In this document: piece after piece, positions 29,701-37,116 of the stretch
Layout: every line of letters starts with the position of its first letter
Numbering within the stretch: position 1 is the first letter of the stretch
Source: Bacteroidales bacterium
Lineage (GTDB): Bacteria > Bacteroidota > Bacteroidia > Bacteroidales > P3
Assembly: GCA_017645585.1 (NCBI GenBank)
Contig: JAGCOF010000007.1
Location: forward strand, 49-64,048
Direction: 5' to 3'
Length of the DNA stretch: 64,000 nt
Made by a program: the position numbers and the translations under genes
Notes under the pieces: model-generated
The model's database searches: none
What the model saw: only the letters and a program-made list of their open reading frames with translations
Told to the model about the DNA's origin: nothing

Positions 29701-32585
29701 TTGAAGAACACATCCAGATAGGTAGCCTGGATGATATTGAAAGCCGTACGCATCAGGTTGGCCGTACCGTCATCGTTGCACACGACCATGTTATTGGCCA
29801 CCAACGCATGGACATCTTCCGTACCGATAATGTTGCTCACACCCACGGCACCTGCACCATGCGAAGTATAGATTCTGTTACGCTGTAGACGTGTAGGACC
29901 ATAGCACTCACTCATCTGCACCACATAACTCGAGTTGCCCAGCACATCATACATCTCATTGTCCTCCACAATAATGCCGGTCTGGTTCTCCACCCTGACG
30001 GCACTCTCGTTCTGATTGCGGAAGAGACTGCGCTTCACCACATTGCCCGTGGCTCTGATGTCTGGTGCCAAGCCCTTGACGTCAACGCCCACGCGACCAC
30101 CGATAAAGGTACAACTGTCGACCAACAGGTTGCTGGCATAGCCATTATTCAGCATTGCTACTATGCGGAGCGGCGCCACAGGGTTGTCCACACTGTCAAT
30201 AAAATAGCACTTCTCGAAGCGACAATTGGCACTATTCGGTCCCATCAAGACCATATTCGACAACAACACCCCCTCCAACGACGCGCTGCGACGTACAAAG
30301 CGCACATTGCGGAAGCGCACATTGGCCACATTCTCAAGGTTAGCAATAGAAGCCTGGCTTGTTGTGCTATCAGCATATATGGCCGCCAACGTTTCGTTCA
30401 TCGACTCGAAAACGAGATAATTCTGCTCCGACAAGCCACTGACCGTCGGCATTGTGAATGCAGGGTAACTGCCGGGCGCCAGCCTCACAATCAAACTATC
30501 GTTCATGCCGCAACGGTTCAGCGACAACAGGAACTCTTCGATGGTGTTGTAGTCGGGGTTGCTACCACCGATATTGCGTACACCACCAAGAGGACCCTCG
30601 CAAACGATAAACGGTGTGCTGAGGGTGTCGTTCAACGGCTCATGGTCACGGAACCGCTGACCGTTGACCGTCAACGTATCCTCCACCCATACCTTGAGGG
30701 TGTGGTAGCCTGCACCGAGCACCACTGAATTGGAAATCGTCACCAACACTTCATCGCCAGCATTCAGCGTCTGGCTACCGTTCAGCGTGCCGGTCCAATC
30801 ATAGGAATTGAAAATAGTGTCATCAATGGAGTAGGAAATCGTTATCCCATTAAATGCAGTGGCACCATAGTTCTTCAGTTTCACTGCAATGCTGCCAGGA
30901 ATTGACGTCATCGGCACCGTGAAGTTGGGGTCCACCAACTCGCTGATACCCGCATCATACACCAGCGGCTGGTTGGGATGTTCGCTGAAAACAAAAGCGG
31001 GACGCAAACCAGAGGAGTAGTTCGCCTTGTTGAAGTCAACAGACGTGAAAGCATTGGCACCAAGGCTGGCCGTGACACCAAACCTTATCAAAGAGTGCTT
31101 AGCATTATGCGCACTGATATGTTTGATACTTGTGGCCGAAGGGTCAGCATTACCATCAATGATAATCTGCACCATGATGTCCTTACCAGCATAGAAAAAG
31201 GTATCCTGCAGATTGAATGTCTGCTGTGTACCAGCGCTCAACGTACCGATATTGTAGGCCGAGTCATAAACGATGTGCATGTAGCTCGACGTAAACGGGA
31301 TGCTGGAGCCAATTGAATCCGCCACATAGTCGGTAGGTATATTTTTCATCCTCAGCTGGAAGCGCGGACGGTTCTGATATACCGTATTGCCAGCCAGCGT
31401 GTATCGGAACGAAGTGATGGCACCAGGTCCATAGCCTGCCTGCGCCAGTAGAGCCGAATCATAGATAAACTCACTCTTGTGGTCGGCCGTGGATGGGAAC
31501 GGGAACAGGTCATAGTTGTGCGTACCCGTGAGACCAGGTGGCGTCGTTGTCGCCGGCTGCGACGTGCCGCGCACACAAATGTAGCTCACCCATGAATTGT
31601 CGGCTGCAGGGAACGTCACACGGTTGGCGTTACTCGTGGCGTCACGCACCACACAGTAGAACTGCATCAACGTATCGTAACCACAGAAAGGTATTCTCGC
31701 CACATAGCGGTTGGCCACACCAGGCTTAGGCGTCATCGTCACACGATATACCGTCTGGTCGCTACCTACTTTGTAGTTGATATACACCGAGTCGGGGTTG
31801 ATACCTGCCGCCACGGCAGTAGTAGCCTCGAGTTCTATTCTCGCACCACGGCTGCTTGCCAGGAAATAGCCGTCGGGATACATCATCATGTTGATCTTCG
31901 GTGTTACCATAGGATCAGCGCTGGAACTCACCTTGATATTGTCAAGCCACCAACCTATGCGATTCGGATTGGCTTGTCCGCCGATGGTTCGGTGTTTTAT
32001 CACGAACTTAATAAGCAGAAGACGTTGGCTGGGGTCCAAAGAACTCGTCATCACGTTGTTCAGGTTGAAGCGCTCACTCTTCCACAAGCTATTGTTGGGA
32101 ACCGATGCAGTGTCGTTCCATACCGAGTAGGACATACTGTTGAAAGCACCAACGTGCGTAAATTCACTACTATAGGTACCCGTGCGGTCATAATCCTGGG
32201 TCGACAGTGCCATCCATTGGTCATCGCTCTGGTTGGCACGCTTGTAGTAAATCATGCACATAAAGGGGTCCTCCGACGAATTTCTCGGCACATGGCAGAT
32301 ATGGTCGAACTGCAGGGCAATATAGCGCAGTGCCGTATTGCTCCGGAAATCCAGCGTGTCGAGGATGAACACCGTCTCGCTGTCGCTCCGCTGTATCAAC
32401 TCGAGGGAACGCTCGCCGCTCATGTACACCGTTGTCGACGGCACCGCAGCCGTAGAGGGCGTCACACGGTAGCGCTGTGTTTCGCCCACCTCGAAGCCCT
32501 GATAGAGCATTTCCTGCACCTGGGCACGCACCGCCAGGCTGCAAAACATGAAAATTGCACCAAAAAGAACGAGTTTCTGTTTCAT
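20733..32585 (-). CDS. Giant (~3950 aa) secreted multidomain surface protein with CARDB-like modules, parallel beta-helix regions and a T9SS type-A CTD
   Basis: One uninterrupted 11.9-kb ORF. Signal peptide MKQKLVLFGAIFMFCSLAVRAQ (alternative ATG at 32627). At least 12 modules with the pattern hxVxVxNxG (e.g. VTVHNYGTN, VVVKNYGTD, IRIANYGYT). Two PbH1-like beta-helix stretches (NVRFRNVRF..., NVRINNITI...NVNITNSNL...). The last ~88 aa match the Por secretion tail (NYPNPFTHQTTIPFTL...GFYFYGIEVDGQRQMRKMILR). Confidence 0.85.
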   Translation of the reverse strand: MKQKLVLFGAIFMFCSLAVRAQVQEMLYQGFEVGETQRYRVTPSTAAVPSTTVYMSGERSLELIQRSDSETVFILDTLDFRSNTALRYIALQFDHICHVPRNSSEDPFMCMIYYKRANQSDDQWMALSTQDYDRTGTYSSEFTHVGAFNSMSYSVWNDTASVPNNSLWKSERFNLNNVMTSSLDPSQRLLLIKFVIKHRTIGGQANPNRIGWWLDNIKVSSSADPMVTPKINMMMYPDGYFLASSRGARIELEATTAVAAGINPDSVYINYKVGSDQTVYRVTMTPKPGVANRYVARIPFCGYDTLMQFYCVVRDATSNANRVTFPAADNSWVSYICVRGTSQPATTTPPGLTGTHNYDLFPFPSTADHKSEFIYDSALLAQAGYGPGAITSFRYTLAGNTVYQNRPRFQLRMKNIPTDYVADSIGSSIPFTSSYMHIVYDSAYNIGTLSAGTQQTFNLQDTFFYAGKDIMVQIIIDGNADPSATSIKHISAHNAKHSLIRFGVTASLGANAFTSVDFNKANYSSGLRPAFVFSEHPNQPLVYDAGISELVDPNFTVPMTSIPGSIAVKLKNYGATAFNGITISYSIDDTIFNSYDWTGTLNGSQTLNAGDEVLVTISNSVVLGAGYHTLKVWVEDTLTVNGQRFRDHEPLNDTLSTPFIVCEGPLGGVRNIGGSNPDYNTIEEFLLSLNRCGMNDSLIVRLAPGSYPAFTMPTVSGLSEQNYLVFESMNETLAAIYADSTTSQASIANLENVANVRFRNVRFVRRSASLEGVLLSNMVLMGPNSANCRFEKCYFIDSVDNPVAPLRIVAMLNNGYASNLLVDSCTFIGGRVGVDVKGLAPDIRATGNVVKRSLFRNQNESAVRVENQTGIIVEDNEMYDVLGNSSYVVQMSECYGPTRLQRNRIYTSHGAGAVGVSNIIGTEDVHALVANNMVVCNDDGTANLMRTAFNIIQATYLDVFFNSVKMTAPARGNVAAATFGGGVLNYSRFMNNIVVTLDEVNYALSYLPLTSTTNIVCNNVYYSLGPVMNRRGSASYSTVANWTTAVPEDTTSLFLNPNFLNGSLVDLRTYNRQVKGLAVPMPSVPTDLFGTPRDTVGPCVGAFEFVSLDYDFEPESMLSPLAEDCYMPDQVELVIVMRNSGVNSYTYGVGQNLQLSYQVNDGTVTTFNVTQSVPAEDTVTIPTGHTLHLPANGVEDSTYYVRVWTTYTQDPNQTNDTNTFMVISRYHPAAPDDDTVWTNYATATDVTPTAGVNTWSVYEDTTAPNRPSQIYWYHTPNDAEPFYVGQTYTTDTLRENTQYYIRQRRAMPIVRFTQVEIIQPAGTNIPAGSTTPMPYWMNTGRKAAVQLTNIGDATAYLEGDTLMTVSPNTSGLNAKYYTFGNVKIEPGRSLVVQFLSSTAATDTNWTIYNNASGNTAINYNTNIAFVYKTGGKVEDAVPFNAVITANTNYAVKWSTLGVPSYVWTGGAIPFENGVAGIYRTAFNGDSTDWAYSTDDNPMFLGSTNSEWVRYIDRGCEGELAVMTVAILDPPAVELAVGEPVLPDGGCGLGDEDVTVTVHNYGTNNVDSFQLNYSTGGSSVVTETVTAGVGSNDSVTYTFNTPLNLALGVDTEVVVYVWVTAYPGDNAHANDTNHATVVSRFTPVMPDTIANRTVAYAGRDTITIVSPAGTIPVWYDYDMNAVDTAYVHVSDILYYGGTMGVRYAAIYDEYKTVGTGTSVPGKTAYPQPYQPNNTYAKQQYIYSPSELAAAGLAAGNIYSISFFLDSIYKVNNTTQRDSVVFSDYKISLGLASDTIFSANNAWKATTEVYQRQPMTIYRSQSKQWITHEFDTPFYWDGTSSIVVQLFHTVPAAITTGVQSRYTAKTNTALYKAQNTALAEDFNGNGTRNANRPNIVFGSKGFGCAGDMRTYQVHVNNVPAVDAALTWPSAGGTGEAPNSCDIIAPVVNIRNQGDSTLNGLKLYYFVDDEAVDSIYVTDTILPGQLHGATLFNRTFIPGRHTITVVAGAENDNVTSNDTITRSFMVRFCGGIYTIGADSSADYHTFGAAIDTLNIVGIAGPVTFQVANGGYNEQVILGEVYGSSVTNTITFSGQNDSVWLKAATTQANNFVMKLDGASNVRINNITIASRPASGNYGNALVIANSSNVNITNSNLRVKGTIANKDASCLVLQGDVSGLRVFNNVMDSGFYSVNAGFAQSLTSITVTNNTFNGFASWGVYLRGASSVKVDQNILRSGNANNSRGLIGIYLAAITDSVSIQKNQIYLIDATQGAKRGIQLENVCGTVLNQGYIANNMISTYGTASKGLPNINNKAASAGIVIDSSSTYLNIFFNTVRVYGTNATNTADMSYGFFCGNTVSHLQVLNNIFSNFSYGYTYYVAALNTVTTSNFNAYYTQSAAPFFWGLGYQSLAMMQGANGDDGNSLFEEPYFVSMEDLHLTMTNLVDKAQYNTEVPDDIDGNIRPQIPTPTIGAHEMERLNHDMAIVRIIEPVLNANPQNVESDSLRVIVKFYNNGRSNELNVRWYTYLKDHEAETHSDTISLGNFLPAQFKTDTVMIPTALGIIDMQLLRVMLICETDTTLDNNYDSTHVFLDPAYNLKAQLVTVIDPATPAGCDMNNAQVQITLKNEGRKTFASGMQAKIGYQCEVKTPANLVIPGMTGTVEEWVTFDDDLLPLASATKVFTFDSLANLYPTDTALNIVVKVRGWCNYQYDITNTNDTTAWVNKNSHYRPTPPLGHDTTLAYGTWGAVRAEQHTAHSAASLASRPIRWHRDSTDAPFYSPSNYNTSRLWNNTPQYFHDSTYYLQCFSDKNCPSYFSSVTVHVAPPVEHDIAYEAVLAPLGSRVYMENDTVRIRIANYGYTAESNFPITYQLKKNNNILQTVTETVTATILPGETYIYTFDTLLNITNTLTAVQNYTLKVWTDLATDMVRRNDTIRTPYAFTTKKEDTYAAAAAPSSTSFDITRVSFNQIDIEMPPLGRGYTNLASFSSPDYPVVHVYRGTQDSLVLQITPFDATAQTFRLKAWAFIDYDRSGEFSLEEMAVSGETFYDNETPAYSITIPQSASYGYMRMRVVVGMYASYSDNSVIPFNGVASDYDGHAIDFLLCVDKEPPAKDLALTQFITMRNPLVLDHTPKQVKFRMTNLGTQPITNVDINYSFVGDTIDTTAAGVIHWTGNLAGGTSTIVALPEHFFPYGTSTLTIWHEMEGDANAGNNLLTHEYNKFYVVRLIMNDDFESENLWYAPTGYNENTPQYSEYTHNYWERGMPNKTRIDTTYSGEYAWVTDLRNNIQTGTRGNVSYLYSPIINISQIRPDTISFRLRRNLTGGSALHVEFYNFENKWVKLDHDSVFTFYTDLENRVFEGTTSNNESYTRYYIPSSLVSGDFPERLQFRLVYTTPMGGANAAFGEGCAVDDFRIGRARRSVDVGVIDITKPVEPKYGQTLYPEVVVKNYGTDTIRQFQIAYTHYGTNLASESTINTVLAPLATDTFLFDAPFIVTSDFPDTFYIQAFTIQAADIYYDNDSAKRPFYLAPLDNDISAEEFLAPLDYIIAGDTDVHVTMRVRNFGVNPVYHAVASFTVNGLDLVNEELDFNALLGRPLLFNEYYNYTFRHPMRAYMGLMNLTAYIKSDTNEYIYNDTITKRVEGITSVSDLAAAAVILDTLTSINDVRIGLVIDNRGARGANYFEVGYWIDNDTSTMVRETYGSTLPLPALTRGYYLFDSVLPVRPAPYSHVSAYVHIDNDNDPSNDTTNVFAEQYTDIEVVKVLVEENASNDCRVFMELRNIGNLALVDKTLRLRATINGNDLSYNVRRRINAGQTIHIEFDRTIPKSPTRHYEGTGRVLEIPGDNNNVNNQTSVVEVVNYVEGIPTVNADRFILDQNYPNPFTHQTTIPFTLPNAATVRFFVMDAMGHIVHSAERFYQAGDNTITIDMDAYPAGFYFYGIEVDGQRQMRKMILR

Positions 32586-32673
32586 ATTATATTTTTCTTT
32601 TTTTCTAATTCTTAGTATCTTATACATTCTTTTGTGGGCGTAGTACCCCTTTTAGGGCACACTAAACCCGATA

Positions 32674-32681
32674 CAAAAATA
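32674..32681 (-). promoter_or_regulatory. -7 box TATTTTTG upstream of the giant gene
   Basis: Reverse complement of caaaaata, 46 nt from ATG 32627 and 88 nt from ATG 32585. Confidence 0.5.
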
Positions 32682-32739
32682 CGAAAAAAATCGCATACCT
32701 ACGGTATTTTTATATTAAAAAATCTAAATTACCCTGCTG

Positions 32740-33474
32740 TCAGAGGTGCAACCGCTGCTCAAGCGCCTCATACATCATCACTCCGGCGGCCACACTTACG
32801 TTGAGCGACGCCACCTCGCCCACAATGGGCAACTTGGCCCGCACATCGCTCATCTTCAGCAACTCAGGACTGATACCATGCTCTTCGTTGCCCATGATAA
32901 GCAGTGTCGGCTGAGTGAAGTCCACCTCGCGATAATGTACAGCCCCTTTCTCGGTAGCTGCAACCACCTGCATGCCATACTGTTTGGCCAGGTTGACCAC
33001 GGTCTTGAAGTTCTGCTCGCGACAGACGGGCAGCCGCAGCAAGGCGCCGCTGCTGGTCTTGATGGCATCCTCGTTGAGCGCCGCACTGCCACGGTCGGGC
33101 ACCACTATGGCATCCACGCCGGCACATTCGGCCGTGCGCGCAATGGCACCCATGTTACGCACATCGGTAATGTGATCCAACAGCACAACCAGACGAGCCG
33201 TCTCAGCCACCTCCATGAAACTGCGATAGGTGATGGCGGCCAGGAGAGCCACCACGCCCTGGTGGTTGCCTGTGGTCATCTTGTTCAGTTTCTCCACCGG
33301 CACATATTGGAACGGCACGTCGTGCTCTTTGATCAGCGTCCGCAATTCGGACATCAACGAGCTGTTGAGTCCGTTCTGTATCAGCACACGCTCCACCTGG
33401 GTGCCGCTGCCGATGGCCTCTATCACAGGCCGCAATCCATAGACTGTCTGCTGTTTACTCGTAGTTTTTTCCAT
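32740..33474 (-). CDS. rlmB: SpoU/TrmH-family rRNA 2'-O-methyltransferase (RlmB-like)
   Basis: 244 aa. N-terminal substrate-binding domain plus a SpoU methylase core ([12 protein letters not shown]...[18 protein letters not shown]). Confidence 0.8.
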   Translation of the reverse strand: MEKTTSKQQTVYGLRPVIEAIGSGTQVERVLIQNGLNSSLMSELRTLIKEHDVPFQYVPVEKLNKMTTGNHQGVVALLAAITYRSFMEVAETARLVVLLDHITDVRNMGAIARTAECAGVDAIVVPDRGSAALNEDAIKTSSGALLRLPVCREQNFKTVVNLAKQYGMQVVAATEKGAVHYREVDFTQPTLLIMGNEEHGISPELLKMSDVRAKLPIVGEVASLNVSVAAGVMMYEALEQRLHL

Positions 33475-34108
33475 CTTTGATTATGATTTTGCGGTCGGCC
33501 ATAGCAGCCAACTGCTCGTTATGGGTAACGATAACGAATGTCTGCCCCAGCTCTTTGCGCAGGGTAAAGAAAAGCTCGTGCAACTCGCCGGCATGCTGCG
33601 AGTCGAGGTTGCCGCTGGGCTCGTCGGCCAGCACCACCATAGGGCTGTTCATCAACGCCCTGGCCACCGCCACACGCTGCTGCTCACCGCCGCTGAGGGC
33701 CGTGGGCTTGTGGCTGGCGCGGTTTGTCAGATGCAGCATATCAAGCAGTTCCATCGCCCTTCGGCGAGCCTTTTCGGCAACGTCGCCACGTATCAAGGCC
33801 GGTATCATCACATTCTCCACCGCCGTAAACTCGGGCAGCAGATGGTGCGCCTGGAACACAAAGCCTATCTGCTCATTGCGGAAGCGCGCCAACTCATTCT
33901 CCTTCAGCCGTGTAACGTCCACATCGCCATACATCAGCGTGCCGCTGTCGGCACGGTCCAGCGTGCCGAGTATCTGCAGCAGGGTGGTCTTGCCGGCGCC
34001 CGAAGCACCCACAATCGACACCACCTCGCCCTGCCCGATACTTAAGTTCACGTCGCGCAGCACATGTAGCGAGCCATAGCTCTTGTTAATATTGACAGCC
34101 TGTATCAT
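33455..34108 (-). CDS. ABC transporter ATP-binding protein (LolD/FtsE-like)
   Basis: Walker [10 protein letters not shown], signature [14 protein letters not shown], Walker [13 protein letters not shown]. Confidence 0.85.
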   Translation of the reverse strand: MIQAVNINKSYGSLHVLRDVNLSIGQGEVVSIVGASGAGKTTLLQILGTLDRADSGTLMYGDVDVTRLKENELARFRNEQIGFVFQAHHLLPEFTAVENVMIPALIRGDVAEKARRRAMELLDMLHLTNRASHKPTALSGGEQQRVAVARALMNSPMVVLADEPSGNLDSQHAGELHELFFTLRKELGQTFVIVTHNEQLAAMADRKIIIKDGKNYE

Positions 34109-35337
34109 ACTTCAACGCCATTCAGGAAGATGCGCTCCACCTTGTTCTCGCCAAAACTGTATGGCATATACGCGTAGCTCGGTATCGGCTTGGTGATGTA
34201 GAAGTTGGCCTTCTTGCCCACAGCGATGCTCCCCAGCTCACGGCTCACACCCATGGCGTAGGCCGTATTGAGGGTGGTGGCGTTGAACGCCTCCTCCGGC
34301 GTGAGCCGGTAGCGGATGCAGGCCATCGAGAGGATAAGCTGCATATTGTTCGACGGCGCGGTGCCGGGATTGTAATCGGACGCCATAGCCACAGGCAGAC
34401 CCGCGTCAATCATTTTGCGTGCCGGCGAAAGCGGCAGATTGAGGAAGAAAGCGCAGCCGGGAAGAATAGTGGGCATCGTCTCACTACCCTTCAGACACTC
34501 AATCTCGGTATCGCCCATCTGTTCCAGGTGGTCAACAGAGATGGCGCCGTATTTCACGCCCACCTGCACGCCACCCGAGACAGCCATCTCGTTGGCATGT
34601 ATCTTAGGCTTCATGCCGTATTTGATACCCGCCTCCAGGATACGCGCCGTATCCTCGACGGTGAAGAAACCCTGGTCGCAGAACACATCGATGAAATTGG
34701 CCAAACCTTCGTCCGCTACCTTCGGTATCATCTCGTTGATAACCAAGTCGACATAGTCTTCCTGGTGCCCACGATACTCCATCGGGATGCCATGAGCCCC
34801 AAGGAAGTTCGACTTGATGGTCAGGGGCGAATTCTCCTTCAGACGGCGAATTACGCGCAGCAGCTTCAACTCGCTCTCGGTGGTCAGGCCGTAGCCGCTC
34901 TTGATTTCGATGGCGCCCGTACCCAAGCGCATCACCTCTTCGAGGCGCTGCTGGGCTATATCGTAGAGCTCGTCCTCCGAGGCAGCCGCCGTCGCCTTGG
35001 CCGAGTTGAGGATGCCCCCTCCCCTCTTGGCAATCTCCTCGTAGCTGAGGCCTCGTATCTTGTCGACAAACTCCAATTCGCGCGAATTGGCGTAGACCAG
35101 ATGCGTGTGCGAGTCGCAGAAACTCGGAAACACCATGCGGCCCGTAGCATTGACCTCGTGGTCGGCGGTGCCGTTCCATTCGCTCATCGGTCCAAATGCC
35201 CTGATGATGCCGTCCTCCACAAGCAGGTAGGCCTCCTTGACGGTCTCCATCTGAGCCATCTCCTTGCCCTGGGCGCGCAACTTCGGCTGGCGCTCCACTT
35301 GCACCAATTCCTTGATATTCTTAATGAGTGTCCGCAT
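34105..35337 (-). CDS. hutI: Imidazolonepropionase
   Basis: Amidohydrolase metal motifs ([25 protein letters not shown]), 410 aa from ATG 35337. The track ORF is extended upstream. Confidence 0.85.
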   Translation of the reverse strand: MRTLIKNIKELVQVERQPKLRAQGKEMAQMETVKEAYLLVEDGIIRAFGPMSEWNGTADHEVNATGRMVFPSFCDSHTHLVYANSRELEFVDKIRGLSYEEIAKRGGGILNSAKATAAASEDELYDIAQQRLEEVMRLGTGAIEIKSGYGLTTESELKLLRVIRRLKENSPLTIKSNFLGAHGIPMEYRGHQEDYVDLVINEMIPKVADEGLANFIDVFCDQGFFTVEDTARILEAGIKYGMKPKIHANEMAVSGGVQVGVKYGAISVDHLEQMGDTEIECLKGSETMPTILPGCAFFLNLPLSPARKMIDAGLPVAMASDYNPGTAPSNNMQLILSMACIRYRLTPEEAFNATTLNTAYAMGVSRELGSIAVGKKANFYITKPIPSYAYMPYSFGENKVERIFLNGVEV

Positions 35338-35361
35338 AATCTCTATCTTTAAAATAAAATG

Positions 35362-35369
35362 CAAAAATA
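35362..35369 (-). promoter_or_regulatory. -7 box TATTTTTG upstream of hutI
   Basis: 24 nt before ATG 35337. Confidence 0.55.
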
Positions 35370-35398
35370 CTAATATTTTTACACACGGCAAAATATTT

Positions 35399-36631
35399 TC
35401 ACAACATCTTCTGCAGCTGCTCCTCGAGTTCGGTTCCCATCTCTTTCGAGAAGCCCATGTGTGTCTCCACAATCTTGCCGTCGCGGTCCAGGATGAAGAG
35501 TGTCGGGAAAGCATGAACACGATAGGTCTCGGACAGTTTGTTGTCGGAGAAAAGCACCGTGTAGGTGATGCCGCGCTTGGAGAGGAATGTGGCCATCTCA
35601 TCCTTCACAGGGTCGTCGTAGGGGTCTATGCCGACCACCACCACGCCACGGTCCTTGAATTTCTCATGGAGGCTCTGCAGTATGGGTAATGCGGCACAGC
35701 AGGGGGCGCAGCTTTTGTAGAAGAAGTCCACCAAGACAATTTTTCCCCGCAGGTCGGCGAGGCGCACGGTGCCGCCCGCCATCGTGGGCAGAGACCAGTC
35801 GGGTGCCGGAGTCCCCTCTGTCAACGGCTCGGGAGCCTTGTAGGGGACATAGTCCCTCTGCACCATATTGTCGGGAATGGACTTCAAGGTCAGCTTCGAC
35901 TCGTCAATCCGTGGGTCGAAAGAAACCAACTTTAGTTCCTCGTATTGAGACACGGTGTCCGGCCCATCAATGTTGTCGAAAGCTTGCGAGAACTGAATAG
36001 GCAGGTAGTCGCTCTTGTCAATCCAGACATTGATTTCGTAGCGGAGGCAGATAATGCCGAAATAGGGGTCTGGTTCACCGCTTTGTTTCACGAGAATGTT
36101 GACCAGATAGCAGGGCTTGTGGTCCAGATGGGTTTCCGAAAGCGAAATGAGATAGTCGCCATTGGTGTCCGCAATCCACTTCTCTAATGAAGGGATGAAA
36201 TAGGTTCGGGCAGTCAGCGGGGAGAAAAAATTGAAGTTGTGCCCCCTGCTCTTAATTACATCCGCCCATTGGGCACACGAGAGAATGGTGGCTGTGTCGT
36301 TAAGATACACAAGTTCGTTTCCCGTATAAAGAAAATGGCCGTTCCATTCCGGATGCCCTTGAGGCTCATTAACCATTGAGAAGGCTTTCCCGAAGATGGT
36401 GTCATCGGGTAGCTTGCGGAAGTCGCAGGTGTTGCGGTAGTAGTTCGTATCCTTGTCGTCCATGTGCTTCATCTTCCGTTCCATCACGTAGTGTCCGCCT
36501 TGGATGGACTGGCATTTCTCGCGCGACTTGCGGATGACGGTCTCCACCGATTCCTGCGCGTTGCACTCTGCAACGGGGAACATTCCGGCCAGCAGCGCGA
36601 GGAGCGCAAAGGTGAGGGTCTTTCTTGCCAT
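35399..36631 (-). CDS. TlpA-like thiol:disulfide oxidoreductase with an N-terminal extra domain
   Basis: Signal peptide and a C-terminal thioredoxin fold with a CAPC active site (LVDFFYKSCAPCCAALP). The N-terminal ~260 aa are of unassigned function. Confidence 0.7.
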   Translation of the reverse strand: MARKTLTFALLALLAGMFPVAECNAQESVETVIRKSREKCQSIQGGHYVMERKMKHMDDKDTNYYRNTCDFRKLPDDTIFGKAFSMVNEPQGHPEWNGHFLYTGNELVYLNDTATILSCAQWADVIKSRGHNFNFFSPLTARTYFIPSLEKWIADTNGDYLISLSETHLDHKPCYLVNILVKQSGEPDPYFGIICLRYEINVWIDKSDYLPIQFSQAFDNIDGPDTVSQYEELKLVSFDPRIDESKLTLKSIPDNMVQRDYVPYKAPEPLTEGTPAPDWSLPTMAGGTVRLADLRGKIVLVDFFYKSCAPCCAALPILQSLHEKFKDRGVVVVGIDPYDDPVKDEMATFLSKRGITYTVLFSDNKLSETYRVHAFPTLFILDRDGKIVETHMGFSKEMGTELEEQLQKML

Positions 36632-36774
36632 AATTGTATCGTTTTTGTTTTTATAAATCCGTTTTCTTAACCGAGCCTTTTGGGGCCTTTGTGCCTATAA
36701 GACGCAAAAGTGCCATTTTTCTGCTCACGCTTTAACATTTTTTATGTTTTTTTAACATTTGATAGAAGGGGGTA

Positions 36775-37101
36775 AAAAATAGGTCGTGCACGATATATTT
36801 AAGTATTCAGCAGACGGTAGTCGGTGGTCGGCAAGGGGCTGGCGACCAACCCTTGACTGCCCAAAATCATGCTTTCCTCGGACAAAAACAGGCATTTCGG
36901 CAATTAAAAGTCTTTAATTATCACTGTTTCAGTACACAATACCACATTTTAACATCGGAATGATGCCGCACCCCCTCCGACTCTGGTCCGACTCAAGTCC
37001 GAGTCAACTCCGACTGAAGTCCGACCACAGTCGGACAAAAGACGGTGCAAATACGGTGCGCACACGGTGTTGATACAAATACATCGCGCACGACCTATTT
37101 T
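36775..37101 (-). repeat. Intergenic repeat element, copy B (inverted relative to copy A, ~327 bp)
   Basis: Bounded by motifs at 36775-36800 and 37078-37101. The reverse complement of 36974-37047 matches 17222-17295 at 69/74 positions (aligned by eye). Confidence 0.75.
36974..37036 (-). repeat. 11-bp-periodic array, copy B
   Basis: Reverse-complement counterpart of 17233-17295. Confidence 0.75.
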
Positions 37102-37116
37102 GCTTTTCATAGGGGG

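Noticed and set aside
17179-37101. Composite transposon or integrative element delimited by the inverted repeat elements.
   Set aside because: The window has no transposase, integrase, recombinase, conjugation or tRNA gene. The bracketed block contains core genes (tilS, rlmB, hutI). I see no target-site duplication by eye. I keep it only as a possible recombination or inversion substrate or MITE-like family.
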